The position numbers were made by a program, and so were the translations under genes. A stretch of DNA of 62,768 nucleotides, counting the filler, from Nemertoderma westbladi (Eukaryota; Animalia; Xenacoelomorpha): assembly GCA_032718475.1 (NCBI GenBank). It is 4 parts of 4 records of this genome, joined end to end, with 100 filler letters (N's around TTAATTAATTAA, not from the genome) between each part and the next. Parts side by side here need not be neighbours in the genome. Positions count along the whole stretch, not along the records: positions 31,302 to 53,199 come from JAUCBJ010000217.1; positions 53,300 to 62,768 come from JAUCBJ010002110.1; 2 more parts are not named here. One strand, written 5' to 3'. A model generated the notes under the pieces. The model was not told where the DNA came from, did no database searches, and was given only the letters and a program-made list of their open reading frames with translations. This document shows, in pieces, positions 50,872-62,768 of the stretch; position 1 is the first letter of the stretch; every line of letters starts with the position of its first letter.

Positions 50872-53199
50872 CTTCTGGTCTTGCTGCATTTTCTACGTTC
50901 AGGCTCTTCATCAGTTAACCGAGTTTCACTACCAGGGCAGCTAGATGAGATGATGGGGGAGGGGGTTCTCTGCCCCCTTTGCTTCGAATGAGACAGGTCC
51001 AGCTCACGTAACTGGCCCTTATAGCATGCTGATCATCTAATACCTTTGATACCATCGCATCGATTGTCCTTCCAGGGAAGAGTCCAAGCTCCAACAGGCG
51101 GCGGATATTAACCTGCGTGTCCCTCTGAACTCAGGGTAGCTGTGACTCAGCATTGGCCAGCCGCCATACATCCTCATCCAGCCACCTGTGCTGATTGTTT
51201 GCAGAGAGGTTGTTGAGGCTGTACTCTGTAGGATGCCATTTCCTAGGGTGTTTCGAATTTCAGCTTTTGAGACATCATTTGATATCTCTTACTACAAATA
51301 AATTATAGAAAATATTTTTTTTAACAAAAACAATTATATAACTTCACTTTTATTCGTTTAATATTAAATTTCTAATTATTTAGTTAGATTATGCAACACA
51401 ACCATGAAAGCAGACAACCGAAACCGACAGACATTATTTTCACATAATTATAACTATTATATTATTCAAACAAAAAGCAAACAGTCGGCCGAAGCCGGAG
51501 GCGACCTGAAGGCTCCTCTTTCGATAGTAGCTGCTACCCGAGGGTAGGGGTGGGCGCTAATCCTATCCCAAGATTTGCTCCCAGTTATTTAACTGGTACT
51601 CATTCTATCGACCCCAGTGGATGAAAGGGTGAGTGGACCCTGGCGGTGCTGAACCTACAACCAATTGATTGCAGGCCCTGCGCTCAACCAACTGAGCTAC
51701 CCCGCCTTCGTATTATTATAACATAATTATTAAGACAAACGAAAAGGAAAGTAACTTCCAATGCAAAATATATTGCACATTACCTAATATTAAATTTCTA
51801 AATAATATAGTTAGATTATGCAAAACTATAATATTACACCCTAGATTATGCAACGCAATCGTGACAGCAGACAACAAAAACCAACAGCCATTATAAACAG
51901 GTAACTATAAATAGATAGAAAGGAACAGGTTACATTAGATGGTTATTATAAACAAAATAATAAACGACAGAAAATCATAGATCACAGGTTTGTCATCTGG
52001 TGTAGAATTTAATGGCTATCCAATGTGGTTTTATAGGATCTCCGTGGTGGGCTGTAGGCCTAAGTGCTGCGGGTTAGAAGTGCTGCGGCTTGTAAGTGCC
52101 CTGGGTATAAGTAAGTTTATCTGTTGCATGCAGTGTGCTGTCGTGGTCACTAAAAGGTCCTATTGAGTGTGGTCCGGGATGGAACAGAGCTAATGTAGCT
52201 GAGCAGGCTGCTCGTCGTCACAGGTTGCAGCGCGTTCAGTGCTGCAGGTTCCAAGGTGCAGTGGTTCATTGGCGATGCTACAGTTTTTTTTGTTTTTTTT
52301 TTCGGATTAGGATTTTTTTTGTTTTTTTATATTTTTTTTTCACTTGGGGGATAGGATTCTTATCCACTACTGCGTGATGGTGTACCGGTAATGGAGATTG
52401 TTCACTAGTAACCAATGGTAGCGATGTCAACTGCCTTGGTGTGCCTTGGCCTTGGCATGATCCTATAACCTATAGGCTATAACCTTTAACTCTGCCTATG
52501 GTCCTGTCAGTTTTAGAACTGGACCTACAGTGTAGCCCTGAAGCTCCTAACAACTGATTCAGGTAGATGCAACCAAAACAATAAACAATTTTTTTTCGGA
52601 TTAGGATTTTTTTTGTTTTTTTTTTGTTTATTTTTTTTTTACTTGGGGGATAGGATTCTTATCCACTACTGCGTGATGGTGTACCGGTAATGGAGATTGT
52701 TCACTAGTAACCAATGGTAGCGATGTCAACTGCCTTGGTGTGCCTTGGCCTTGGCATGATCCTATAACCTATAGGCTATAACTGACAAATAACTACTATA
52801 TAATTTAAGAGGAGACCTTGGTGATTTCTGGTAGGATCCAAAATTCATGTCATCTCTATTGGTACTTGATGATCTACTGCTATGGATGCAGCAGTGGTGG
52901 ATGTAACACTGGTAGATCTGGTACTTAGGGATGTGGCACGGGTGAGGATGAGGATAATTTCCCCAGCCCAGCTCCAGAATTGTGCTTAAGGACCTCCTGG
53001 GCATCCTGTCTTACATTTTCCCCAGGCCTTGCAATTGACTTAAAGAAGTCATTGGCATTAAACCTTGTACAGGTTAAAAATATGTAGTTCCTATCATGCT
53101 TTATTGCACTGGGGCCGAGATAGCTTGTAATACTATTCCTAGGGGAATCACAAGGAATTACAGTGGCTGCAGATTCCAATATCTTTCTAACATCAGTTA
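50872..53199 (+). repeat. Direct duplication, copy 2
   Basis: Matches 36168-38196. Confidence 0.92.
51483..51706 (-). mobile_element. tRNA-derived SINE, second copy
   Basis: Duplicate of 36783-37004. Confidence 0.75.
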
Positions 53200-53299
53200 N
53201 NNNNNNNNNNNNNNNNNNNNNNNNNNNNNNNNNNNNNNNNNNNTTAATTAATTAANNNNNNNNNNNNNNNNNNNNNNNNNNNNNNNNNNNNNNNNNNNN

Positions 53300-53640
53300 A
53301 ATTGCACCGCCACAACTCCCTATCACCCATGACATTTGCTAGATCATCCGCATCTTCAAGGCCAGCGTCCTTTAAGATGCGTCTCAAGAAAGTCATGGGC
53401 TGTCCACCATGCTTATTCACTCCATGAGGCTGCCAAAGTACAAGATTATGCACTGGCTGGTCCTCACGGCGAAAGCAATGTCCTGCAAAGCGGAGGCGAT
53501 TTTGTTCTAGTGTCAAGCTTGGGGGAACCAATGAGACACCTCCAATGTTATCAGGTTATATAGTGTCTGGTTGGAGATGTGTGCATTGTACTTGACACAA
53601 TGAACCCGGCATAGCATTCTTGTGAATGTGCCATCCAGAG
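53300..53640 (-). pseudogene. RTE-like LINE 3' ORF fragment
   Basis: NRLRFAGHCFRREDQPVHNLVLWQP...MGDRELWR. Confidence 0.8.
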
Positions 53641-54249
53641 ATTTGGTGTTCTGACTATTCATCAGCTTCAGCCTCCTCTTCTATGTTTGGTATTGCTCAT
53701 ATATTGTTGGATTTGGAAGTACAAATCGACTAGTTCCTGTTTTTTCATGGACAATTTAAGGAGTTCTGAGTACTCTACGAAATCAGACTGCCAATTAGAC
53801 AAAATATCTATCAATTTTTCTCGCAGTTAATTTTGAAATTGCTTCTGTTTTTACCCGGTCGCTACACATGGGATAGGCATATGTAGCAGTTCCATCGAAC
53901 TCGACTTGCTCACAGAGGGATTGCTCGTACATTGCCTGATTATATTTTTACTGAATACAAAATACAACTAAAGAAAGTACTACAGTACTATTTGTTTAAC
54001 TATTAAGCTGTAAAGTACTATCAACTACCCGTATTTGCCTACATCTGTTTTTTAACTATGCCTATAGATAAAATTTAAACAACGAAATGGCAATTTTGAC
54101 ATTAGTGACAAATTTGACATGCCACATGTCAAATTTGACATAATGTCAAATTAAGCCGGGAACCAGACTGAAATAAGTAAATAGATTGCATCGAGTTATA
54201 AAATAATGAAATAACAGTTGTCCATCGTAATGCAGAACATCGTCCCGTG

Positions 54250-54560
54250 ATAAGCGACCTCCACGTCTGAATTTAACAACTTTTATTTTTGAGCTATTGA
54301 CTGTTACTGTGTTAGGTCGTGGTCTCTGCAGTAGTCAAGTAATGCATCGAGTCCAATCAGAACTTGCGCAAATGGAATTTCTACAAATAACTAGATCGTC
54401 GGCATACATGAATATAAGGCATCCAGTTGCTATAATAACTGCAGGGAAGTCGGAAACAAACAAGATGAATATGAGAGTGTATAGCTCAGTAGCATGTCAC
54501 CTTGAATAACTCCAATGGTCTGTGTGATCGGTTCCAGAACATAAATCCCAATTAATATAC
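54250..54560 (-). pseudogene. Non-LTR RT fragment
   Basis: IGVIQGD, then frameshifted GCLIFMYADDLVI. Confidence 0.7.
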
Positions 54561-56116
54561 AAACAAAGTTTATTGCTAGTATGGCCCAATCACGGTGATA
54601 CATTTTCGACTGATGCCAAGTGCCAAGACGGCAATACATTAATACTTAATAAATCCTGAACATTATTGTGTGCTGATGGCCTAATTGTTGTATCATACAG
54701 AATGTGGCATGTTAAGTGAGATCAAAACAAAATTATTTCCTGGCGTGCATATATTCTTAACTGGCGCCGAATGTATTTTAATTTGTATGCTACATTTTTT
54801 CTGGCGCACATCAATTTATAGAGTTCAGAGTGTTGGCGCGGCGCGATTTCCAATATTACTAGGCGCGGCGCGATTTTCATAATATCTGGCGCGTTATCCG
54901 GCGCGCTTTTTGTAAGGATTCCACTAGGGGACAGATGGATGAGTCTGTAACAGATACCGTACTGGTAGACTGGTATAGGCCCTATCTGCCTATGGTATAG
55001 GCATAAACAAATCTAAAGAATCACATGCTTCAAAGGCTGAAATGGAAATAAACGTAATAATATTTGACAACGTCAGAACGTTAACATTACCAAAAGGCAG
55101 CAAGAAGGCAAGGGGGCATTAAAGTTTGAGAAACAGCGTGACGGAAGAAAAATAGTGTCAAAATTTAGAAAGACTGAGAAAACCAAAACGCGTGTTACTG
55201 TGTTAACAGGTTAAGGGATTCAACAAATTGTTTCTAGTAGGCCCTAATCAGCTAATGAAAAACGGGATGAAATTATTTTCATAATATGTCTGTATACTGA
55301 GATGTAGGAATGGAAAGATAGATATACTGAACTGATATAGAGTGAAGGATGGTTTAGATTACTGGGCAATTGTATCAGCATTACACAGTTACAATCATTA
55401 ACTACTAAACTATTATTGGTACAAACAACAATCAACCACCTCCCCAAGCAGCGCCAGAGATTACTAGCAAAAATCTCAAAAGAGCAAAAAAAACTATCAC
55501 CAGTCAGTCTGTGTTTGTGTTATTGACTCTCATTCTCACCTCATTTATTAGGATATATTGCTATATTGGTTAGAACTTAGAATATGCCACTACTGGTATA
55601 AGTATAACCTGTACGCTGTACCCCTTTGCCTTTTTTCTAGGCCTAACATTAACATTTCAGGATCTAAGGAATGACCATACTGCCATAGAAGGACTTAATG
55701 ATGCAGAACCATAAAATCCATATTCAATGAGTTAGTTAAGTTGCCAAATATGGCAACAACGGCTTTATATAGTTGCCAAATCAGGCAATCAGAATTGTTG
55801 CCAGATTTTGCTTGGTTGCCAAATATGGCAATCACGATCATTGCCAGATTTGGCCATTGTACCTAACTGATATACCCCAGTTCTGCAGTTTACTGTCGAA
55901 TTATTTCTAAGCAGCATAACCACAATTAATCTTTAGGTTATGAGCTGCATCTTAATGGGGAAAACAGAAAAAACAGTACCGGATGCCGGACCGGTACCTT
56001 ACTGCCTTCTCACCAGTATCGGTACCGGTACCATACCTGCATACTGCAGTAGCCTATCACACTGTCTGACAGTCACAGTACAGCAGTCAGGCAGTATCAA
56101 GGCTGCAAGGGGTAAA

Positions 56117-56355
56117 ACGAACTTAGATCCTGCAAGGCCAGACTGATGAACTTAGATCTTTGCGAACTTAGATCCTAACTAGGTGAAATTAGATCCTAAC
56201 TAGGTGAAATTAGATCCTATCTGGGTGAACTTAGATCCTAACTAGGTGGACTTAGATTCTAACTAGGTGAACTTAGATCCTAACTGGGTGAACTTAGATC
56301 CTATCTGGGTGAACTTAGATCCTAACTAGGTGAACATAGATCCTAACTAGGTGAC
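56117..56355. repeat. 21-bp tandem repeat
   Basis: gaacttagatcctaactaggt, ~10 copies. Confidence 0.92.
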
Positions 56356-56367
56356 TAACTAGGAACT

Positions 56368-56880
56368 TTATTCTCCCTAAAAATACAGTAGCGAGAAAAA
56401 AATAATTTATTCTCCCTAAAAATACAGTAGCGAGAAAATATTAATTTATTCTCCATAAAAGTAGGGCGCAAAAATTCGTGATTGGTCAATTACACTAAAT
56501 TTTCTCTCGCTAGCGATTGGATAGAGAGTTTTGGTTTGCTTGAGATGCTGCTGCCTAATGCTTTCATTATGGGCTGGGGTTTACCCAGTAGACCTCCATC
56601 CATATCCTCCATGCTGCAGTGTGATTCTAGGCCTACTGTTATCTTGTATGTAGTAGGCCTGCCTACAGTAGGCCTGCCGTATTACAGTATGCCCGTTGAA
56701 CATCTAGCGACCAGTAATGTACCCGTTCAAGAAACTGTCCCAAAATTACGTGTGAATTAAGTGTAATTGACCAATCACGAATTTTTGCACGCTACTTTTA
56801 GGGAGAATAAATTAATTTTTTCTCGCTATTTTTAGGAAGAATGAATCAATTTTTTGCGTGAAATAATTAAATTTAGGGAG
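56368..56880. mobile_element. Inverted-repeat (foldback/MITE) element
   Basis: ttattctccctaaaa...ttcgtgattggtcaattacact is mirrored by agtgtaattgaccaatcacgaa...ttttagggagaataa. Confidence 0.7.
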
Positions 56881-57449
56881 AAAAAATGTAGCGAATTCTA
56901 ATACTGAATAAATGTATGCCATAGATTATTGGGAAAATCCACACAGATTGATAAGAAAATGAAATAAGGAACAAAATCATTATGGAGTGAAATTGAAATC
57001 CGTTACGGTCGGCTTATTCTCTCCAAAATCAGTAGGCCTACAGTACAAAAATGGGGGTTAAGTTTAGCTAGTTTCGCAGTTCCACCTTGCGTAGTAGCGT
57101 TTAATATATAGTTTTTTAGTAGAATCAATAATTACTAGCTAGTATAATCTTTGTTGCCCCAGTAATGTGTAAACAAAAAGCGAGAATTAATGATAAACAT
57201 TCATATTTTTGTTAGTTTAGAGAAAATAAAAATACCAAATATTTGATTTTACAATTATTATTTGCAATATTTTCATAAAATACTAGCTACCATAAGAATA
57301 TTTAATAGCTACCATAATATTGTGTGAAGGTCCAACTATGTTCTAGAACACTAATTAAAACCAAAAATACACATTAAAAAAATCCCGATTTGGTGTACAT
57401 GTACGGAAGTGATACCTCCAGAATATTAATCAAATAAACAAACAGGCGG

Positions 57450-60400
57450 CAAAACTAGTCGATATGTATTTATATATACCGGTACTTACAAAACTAGTCG
57501 ATATGTATTTATGTATACTTAACTTACAAAACTAGTCGATATGTATTTATGTATACTTAACTTACAAAACTAGTCGATATGTATTTATGTACACTTAACT
57601 TACAAAACTAGTCGATATGTATTTATGTATACTTAACTTACAAAACTAGTCGATATGTATTTATGGGGCCGTCCAAGTATGACGTCTGCACTTTTCCCCA
57701 AAATTTTGACCCCCTCCCTCCCCTAAATCAGATGTCATCAGATAGACGTTGACCCCCCCCCCCCCCGTAAATCAGATTAAAAAAAAATTTGTAATAAACT
57801 ATTATCAGCAGGATAAAGGTATTATATTGCATTGGAGGGGGGGTGCACGGGGGCTGGCTGTAGTTGCATAGCTTATCTATATAGGAAGGTATAGAGTTGT
57901 AGTAGGATAGCCTATCGTTTACATACTTCTACCTGATGCGACAGCAGTTTATGAATGATAATAAACAAACAAGCTAATAATAGGCCTAAATGAACCAGTA
58001 CTGCAGTCTTTAATAATCATTAGCTTAGGATTAATGTTTCATTTTCAGGCGAACCCCAGTACCTCAGTACCCCAGTAGCACGCGCCCTAATCACTGAAAG
58101 ATGGTGACTGGTAACTGAAACAGAAGGTCGTGCTAAGGGCCTTCGGGGGCTTCGAACAATTAAAATAGGCAAGCTATTTACTCTTCTGCTATATCTCTTC
58201 TAGCGCCTATAAATGAACATGCTGACGTCAGATTTTGGCTGACCCCCTCCCCTCCCCTCATCAGCACGTCATCAGATTTTCCCAACCCCCCTCCCCCCCC
58301 TAAAGTGCTGACGTCATACTTGGACGGCCCCCATGTATACTTAACTTACAAAACTAGTCGATATGTATTTATGTATACTTAACTTACAAAACTAGTCGAT
58401 ATGTATTTATGTATACTTAACTTACAAAACTAGTCGATATGTATTTATGTATACTTAACTTACAAAACTAGTCGATATGTATTTATGTATACTTAACTTA
58501 CAAAACTAGTCGATATGTATTTATGTATACTTAACTTACAAAACTAGTCGATATGTATTTATGTATACCGGTACTTAACTTACAAAACTAGTCGATATGT
58601 ATTTATGTATACTTAACTTACAAAACTAGTCGATATGTATTTATGTATACTTAACTTACAAAACTAGTCGATATGTATTTATGTATACTTAACTTACAAA
58701 ACTAGTCGATATGTATTTATGTATACTTAACTTACAAAACTAGTCGATATGTATTTATGTATACCGGTACTTAACTTACAAAACTAGTCGATATGTATTT
58801 ATGTATACTTAACTTACAAAACTAGTCGATATGTATTTATGTATACTTACTTTACAAAACTAGTCGATATGTATTTATGTATACTTAACTTACAAAACTA
58901 GTCGATATGTATTTATGTATACCGGTACTTAACTTACAAAACTAGTCGATATGTATTTATGTATACTTAACTTACAAAACTAGTCGATATGTATTTATGT
59001 ATACTTAACTTACAAAACTAGTCGATATGTATTTATGTATACTTAACTTACAAAACTAGTCGATATGTATTTATGTATACTTACTTTACAAAACTAGTCG
59101 ATATGTATTTATGTATACTTAACTTACAAAACTAGTCGATATGTATTTATGTATACTTAACTTACAAAACTAGTCGATATGTATTTATGTATACTTAACT
59201 TACAAAACTAGTCGATATGTATTTATGTATACTTAACTTACAAAACTAGTCGATATGTATTTATGTATACTTAACTTACAAAACTAGTCGATATGTATTT
59301 ATGTATACTTAACTTACAAAACTAGTCGATATGTATTTATGTATACTTAACTTACAAAACTAGTCGATATGTATTTATGTATACTTAACTTACAAAACTA
59401 GTCGATATGTATTTATGTATACTTAACTTACAAAACTAGTCGATATGTATTTATGTATACTTAACTTACAAAACTAGTCGATATGTATTTATGTATACTT
59501 AACTTACAAAACTAGTCGATATGTATTTATGTATACTTAACTTACAAAACTAGTCGATATGTATTTATGTATACTTAACTTACAAAACTAGTCGATATGT
59601 ATTTATGTACACTTAACTTACAAAACTAGTCGATATGTATTTATGTATACTTAACTTACAAAACTAGTCGATATGTATTTATGTATACTTAACTTACAAA
59701 ACTAGTCGATATGTATTTATGTATACTTAACTTACAAAACTAGTCGATATGTATTTATGTATACTTAACTTACAAAACTAGTCGATATGTATTTATGTAT
59801 ACTTAACTTACAAAACTAGTCGATATGTATTTATGTATACTTAACTTACAAAACTAGTCGATATGTATTTATGTATACTTAACTTACAAAACTAGTCGAT
59901 ATGTATTTATGTATACTTAACTTACAAAACTAGTCGATATGTATTTATGTATACTTAACTTACAAAACTAGTCGATATGTATTTATGTATACTTAACTTA
60001 CAAAACTAGTCGATATGTATTTATGTATACTTACTTTACAAAACTAGTCGATATGTATTTATGTATACTTAACTTACAAAACTAGTCGATATGTATTTAT
60101 GTATACTTACTTTACAAAACTAGTTGATATGTATTTATGTATACTTAACTTACAAAACTAGTCGATATGTATTTATGTATACTTAACTTACAAAACTAGT
60201 CGATATGTATTTATGTATACTTAACTTACAAAACTAGTCGATATGTATTTATGTATACTTACTTTACAAAACTAGTCGATATGTATTTATGTATACTTAA
60301 CTTACAAAACTAGTCGATATGTATTTATGTATACTTAACTTACAAAACTAGTCGATATGTATTTATGTATACTTAACTTACAAAACTAGTCGATATGTAT

Positions 60401-60575
60401 TTATGTATACTTACTTTACAAAACTAGTCGATATGTATTTATGTATACTTAACTTACAAAACTAGTCGATATGTATTTATGTATACTTAACTTACAAAAC
60501 TAGTCGATATGTATTTATGTATACTTAACTTACAAAACTAGTCGATATGTATTTATGTATACCGGTACTTAACTT
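57450..60575. repeat. Homogeneous 38-bp satellite (~65 copies), interrupted by a MITE
   Basis: acttacaaaactagtcgatatgtatttatgtatactta repeated head to tail, no spacers. Confidence 0.98.
57665..58331. mobile_element. PIF/Harbinger-type MITE inserted in the satellite
   Basis: 22-bp perfect TIR ggggccgtccaagtatgacgtc; 3-bp flanks tat/cat; the satellite register resumes afterwards. Confidence 0.85.
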
Positions 60576-60811
60576 AACATTTAATGCTTTTTTTTGTTAC
60601 CCACTGAACCCGCCGCCAACAATATAGATAGATAGAATTACAGATTTATGATAATTAAATTACATCTAAATAAAATTAAGAACGTAATTTTTTTAAAGTG
60701 TCGATTTTCCCCTGGAGAAAATTCAATTCCGATTGCATCAGTATGTACTGGAGTAGTATGTCAGATGTTATGCAACACTTCGCAATGATCTGATGATGTA
60801 CCGGTACTCAA

Positions 60812-61687
60812 CTATTTAGGAAGGGCCGGTACGGCACACAACCTCCCTGCGTCTACCGGTACATCGACCCCAGTAATACGGGACGCCTGTTCCGACAAGA
60901 GAAATCCGACCACCTCCGCCACGTCCTGGGTCGTTACCAGTTGGTTTAACGGCTGTAACGGGACGACGCGCCTGTAGTAGTCCTCGTTCTCCTCGTGGCT
61001 CGCCCCATCGTTGTACATAATGTTAGTTTGTTCGACAACCCCGGGACTAACGTTGTTCACCCGGATCCCCGACGGACCCAAATCAACCGCCAACGTTCGC
61101 ATCATGTGGTCCAAAGAGCTCTTTACCATAGCGTAAACGACAGCGTTGGGGTTCGGTCTGTTGCCATGGATACTGGATATGTTTACTACGCTACCGCGAG
61201 TCGCTTCAAGGTGAGGCATCGCTGTTTGTAGGAGGAAAAATGGAGCCTTTAGCATCACGTTGAAACTGGTATCGTAATCCTCCAGGCTGGTATTACGGAA
61301 GGACTTCCGGCGTGTCAAACCGGCGCAATTAATCACGGCATCGATCCGACCGAATGACGTCATTGCTTTGTCTACGATCTCGCAGTAGGATCGACTACCT
61401 AGCAGGTCCGTTTCCACCTGCACCGCACTGCTAACGCATCGCGACTCAGTCGATTTCATGTCGTTTTTATCGACTAGAACAGTCCGGAAACCGAGTTTAG
61501 ATAAATGGATCCCAATAGCGGCCCCTATTCCGGAGCCAGCCCCAGTCACTATGGCAACGGAATCCTTCTTGAAGGTTAGTGTAGGGGGGTTATTGGTAGA
61601 CACGCTTCTAGAAATAGAGCTACTTGATTGGCAGACACCAGTGTGGAAAGGGACTATAGACCGCCGATACAGTATCAAAGGAAACAT
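60812..61687 (-). CDS. Classical short-chain dehydrogenase/reductase (FabG-like), intronless
   Basis: VAIVTGAGSGIG, INCAG, VVNISS, YAMVK, GIRVNNVSPG, ITG..VPVDAG; Ser/Arg-rich N-extension resembles a mitochondrial presequence. Confidence 0.92.
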   Translation of the reverse strand: MFPLILYRRSIVPFHTGVCQSSSSISRSVSTNNPPTLTFKKDSVAIVTGAGSGIGAAIGIHLSKLGFRTVLVDKNDMKSTESRCVSSAVQVETDLLGSRSYCEIVDKAMTSFGRIDAVINCAGLTRRKSFRNTSLEDYDTSFNVMLKAPFFLLQTAMPHLEATRGSVVNISSIHGNRPNPNAVVYAMVKSSLDHMMRTLAVDLGPSGIRVNNVSPGVVEQTNIMYNDGASHEENEDYYRRVVPLQPLNQLVTTQDVAEVVGFLLSEQASRITGVDVPVDAGRLCAVPALPK

Positions 61688-62403
61688 TATATTAGTCTGC
61701 TGTACAGCAGTACCGGTATATATAAGTTTGCTATGTCTGCTATTGTTACTGTATTAGTGTATTCAGCAGGTATTATAGCGTAACAGATAGAGATAGATAT
61801 AGCATACCGCTATATCTATCTCTATCTGTTACATAATTATAATATTGTAATTAATAATTGTAATTAATGAAATTAATACATTATAGTTGTAGGCCTACTA
61901 CATACTGACATAGAGTAGGTACAGCTGTAGGCGGAGGCGCTGTAGATCTATTATTATAATATGTAATACAGTAATAGTACCGGTACTGTAGTGTAGTAGG
62001 CCTAATGCGCTAATCCATCTGAAATTAGTGAATTATTTGAATTTACCGCCTAGAATGCGATAGCCAATGAGAATGAAGATTAGAGATTGTGAGGACGGGA
62101 ACAATCAATGAGTAGCGAATGGTTTTCTGTTCTCTTGTCTTATCTTTCGTTTATTGTTTATTGTTTGAATAGATTTAGATTAAAATGGAATAGTACTACC
62201 TGTTTTTATTTAGTACTATTGTGTCATAATATTTGTATCCATAAGTTTTACTTTTTTTATTTATTTATTAAATTTTATTTCAGATTCAGCATAAATTTTG
62301 CCGTATTAAAAATAAATAGTATCATAACAGTATCATGATTAATTAAGAACCATATAAGGGTATAATAAAGTATAGAGGGTAAAATAAATGTTGAGTACAT
62401 AAA

Positions 62404-62560
62404 GTGATTGAGCAACTTATTGTTTTGGGCGATTTTAACATGCTTGATACAGACTGGAACCTGTTATCTACCAGCGACATCGGTGAATCCATAATCCTAT
62501 CTTGTATCCAGGATAACTACTTGTTCCAGTTAGTAACCAATAGTAACCAAACCAACACGG
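62404..62560 (+). pseudogene. CR1-like endonuclease fragment
   Basis: IVLGDFNMLDTDW...IQDNYLFQLV. Confidence 0.65.
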
Positions 62561-62768
62561 TATCGCCACGGTCAAATTCCACATATACTAGACTTAATAC
62601 TCTATAACGAAGGTAGTTGGGAGAACAACATATAATATCGTTATCTCATAAAGTCAGTGTAATACCATTCAGATGTTCAATACATATACAATATATATAA
62701 CAAGCAATACGATATACAGATATATATATATATATAAATGCTGTTAAACAACCGCGACACCTATAAGT

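Noticed and set aside
57450-60575. CRISPR array (38-bp repeats)
   Set aside because: Units are head to tail with no unique spacers, no cas genes are present, and the context is eukaryotic.

Overview
AT-rich, repeat-dense metazoan (probably invertebrate) scaffold with three assembly gaps. Host genes: the 5' part of a T-box gene of the Eomes/Tbr1 subfamily (two exons joined across a 2.7-kb intron; the ORF track misses the second exon), intronless SYS1, ZCCHC10 and a classical SDR, plus one orphan ORF. The rest is transposons and satellites: a near-intact TTAA-flanked Kolobok-type transposon, LINE fragments, SINEs, MITEs and several tandem arrays. The most striking locus is about 39-50.7 kb. There, a DIRS/Ngaro-type retrotransposon carries its tyrosine recombinase on the opposite strand to gag-pol. 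The 5' end of that recombinase gene is interrupted by a circularly permuted hAT-like transposon, opened mid-transposase at a duplicated palindromic 6-mer (TGGCCA). Also notable are an unexplained ~7-kb cassette (CCHC-rich 591-aa ORF, 209-aa ORF, long hairpin) and dense short insertions at TA that look like transposon excision footprints. All family calls come from motif recognition by eye; no searches were run, and repeat boundaries are approximate.
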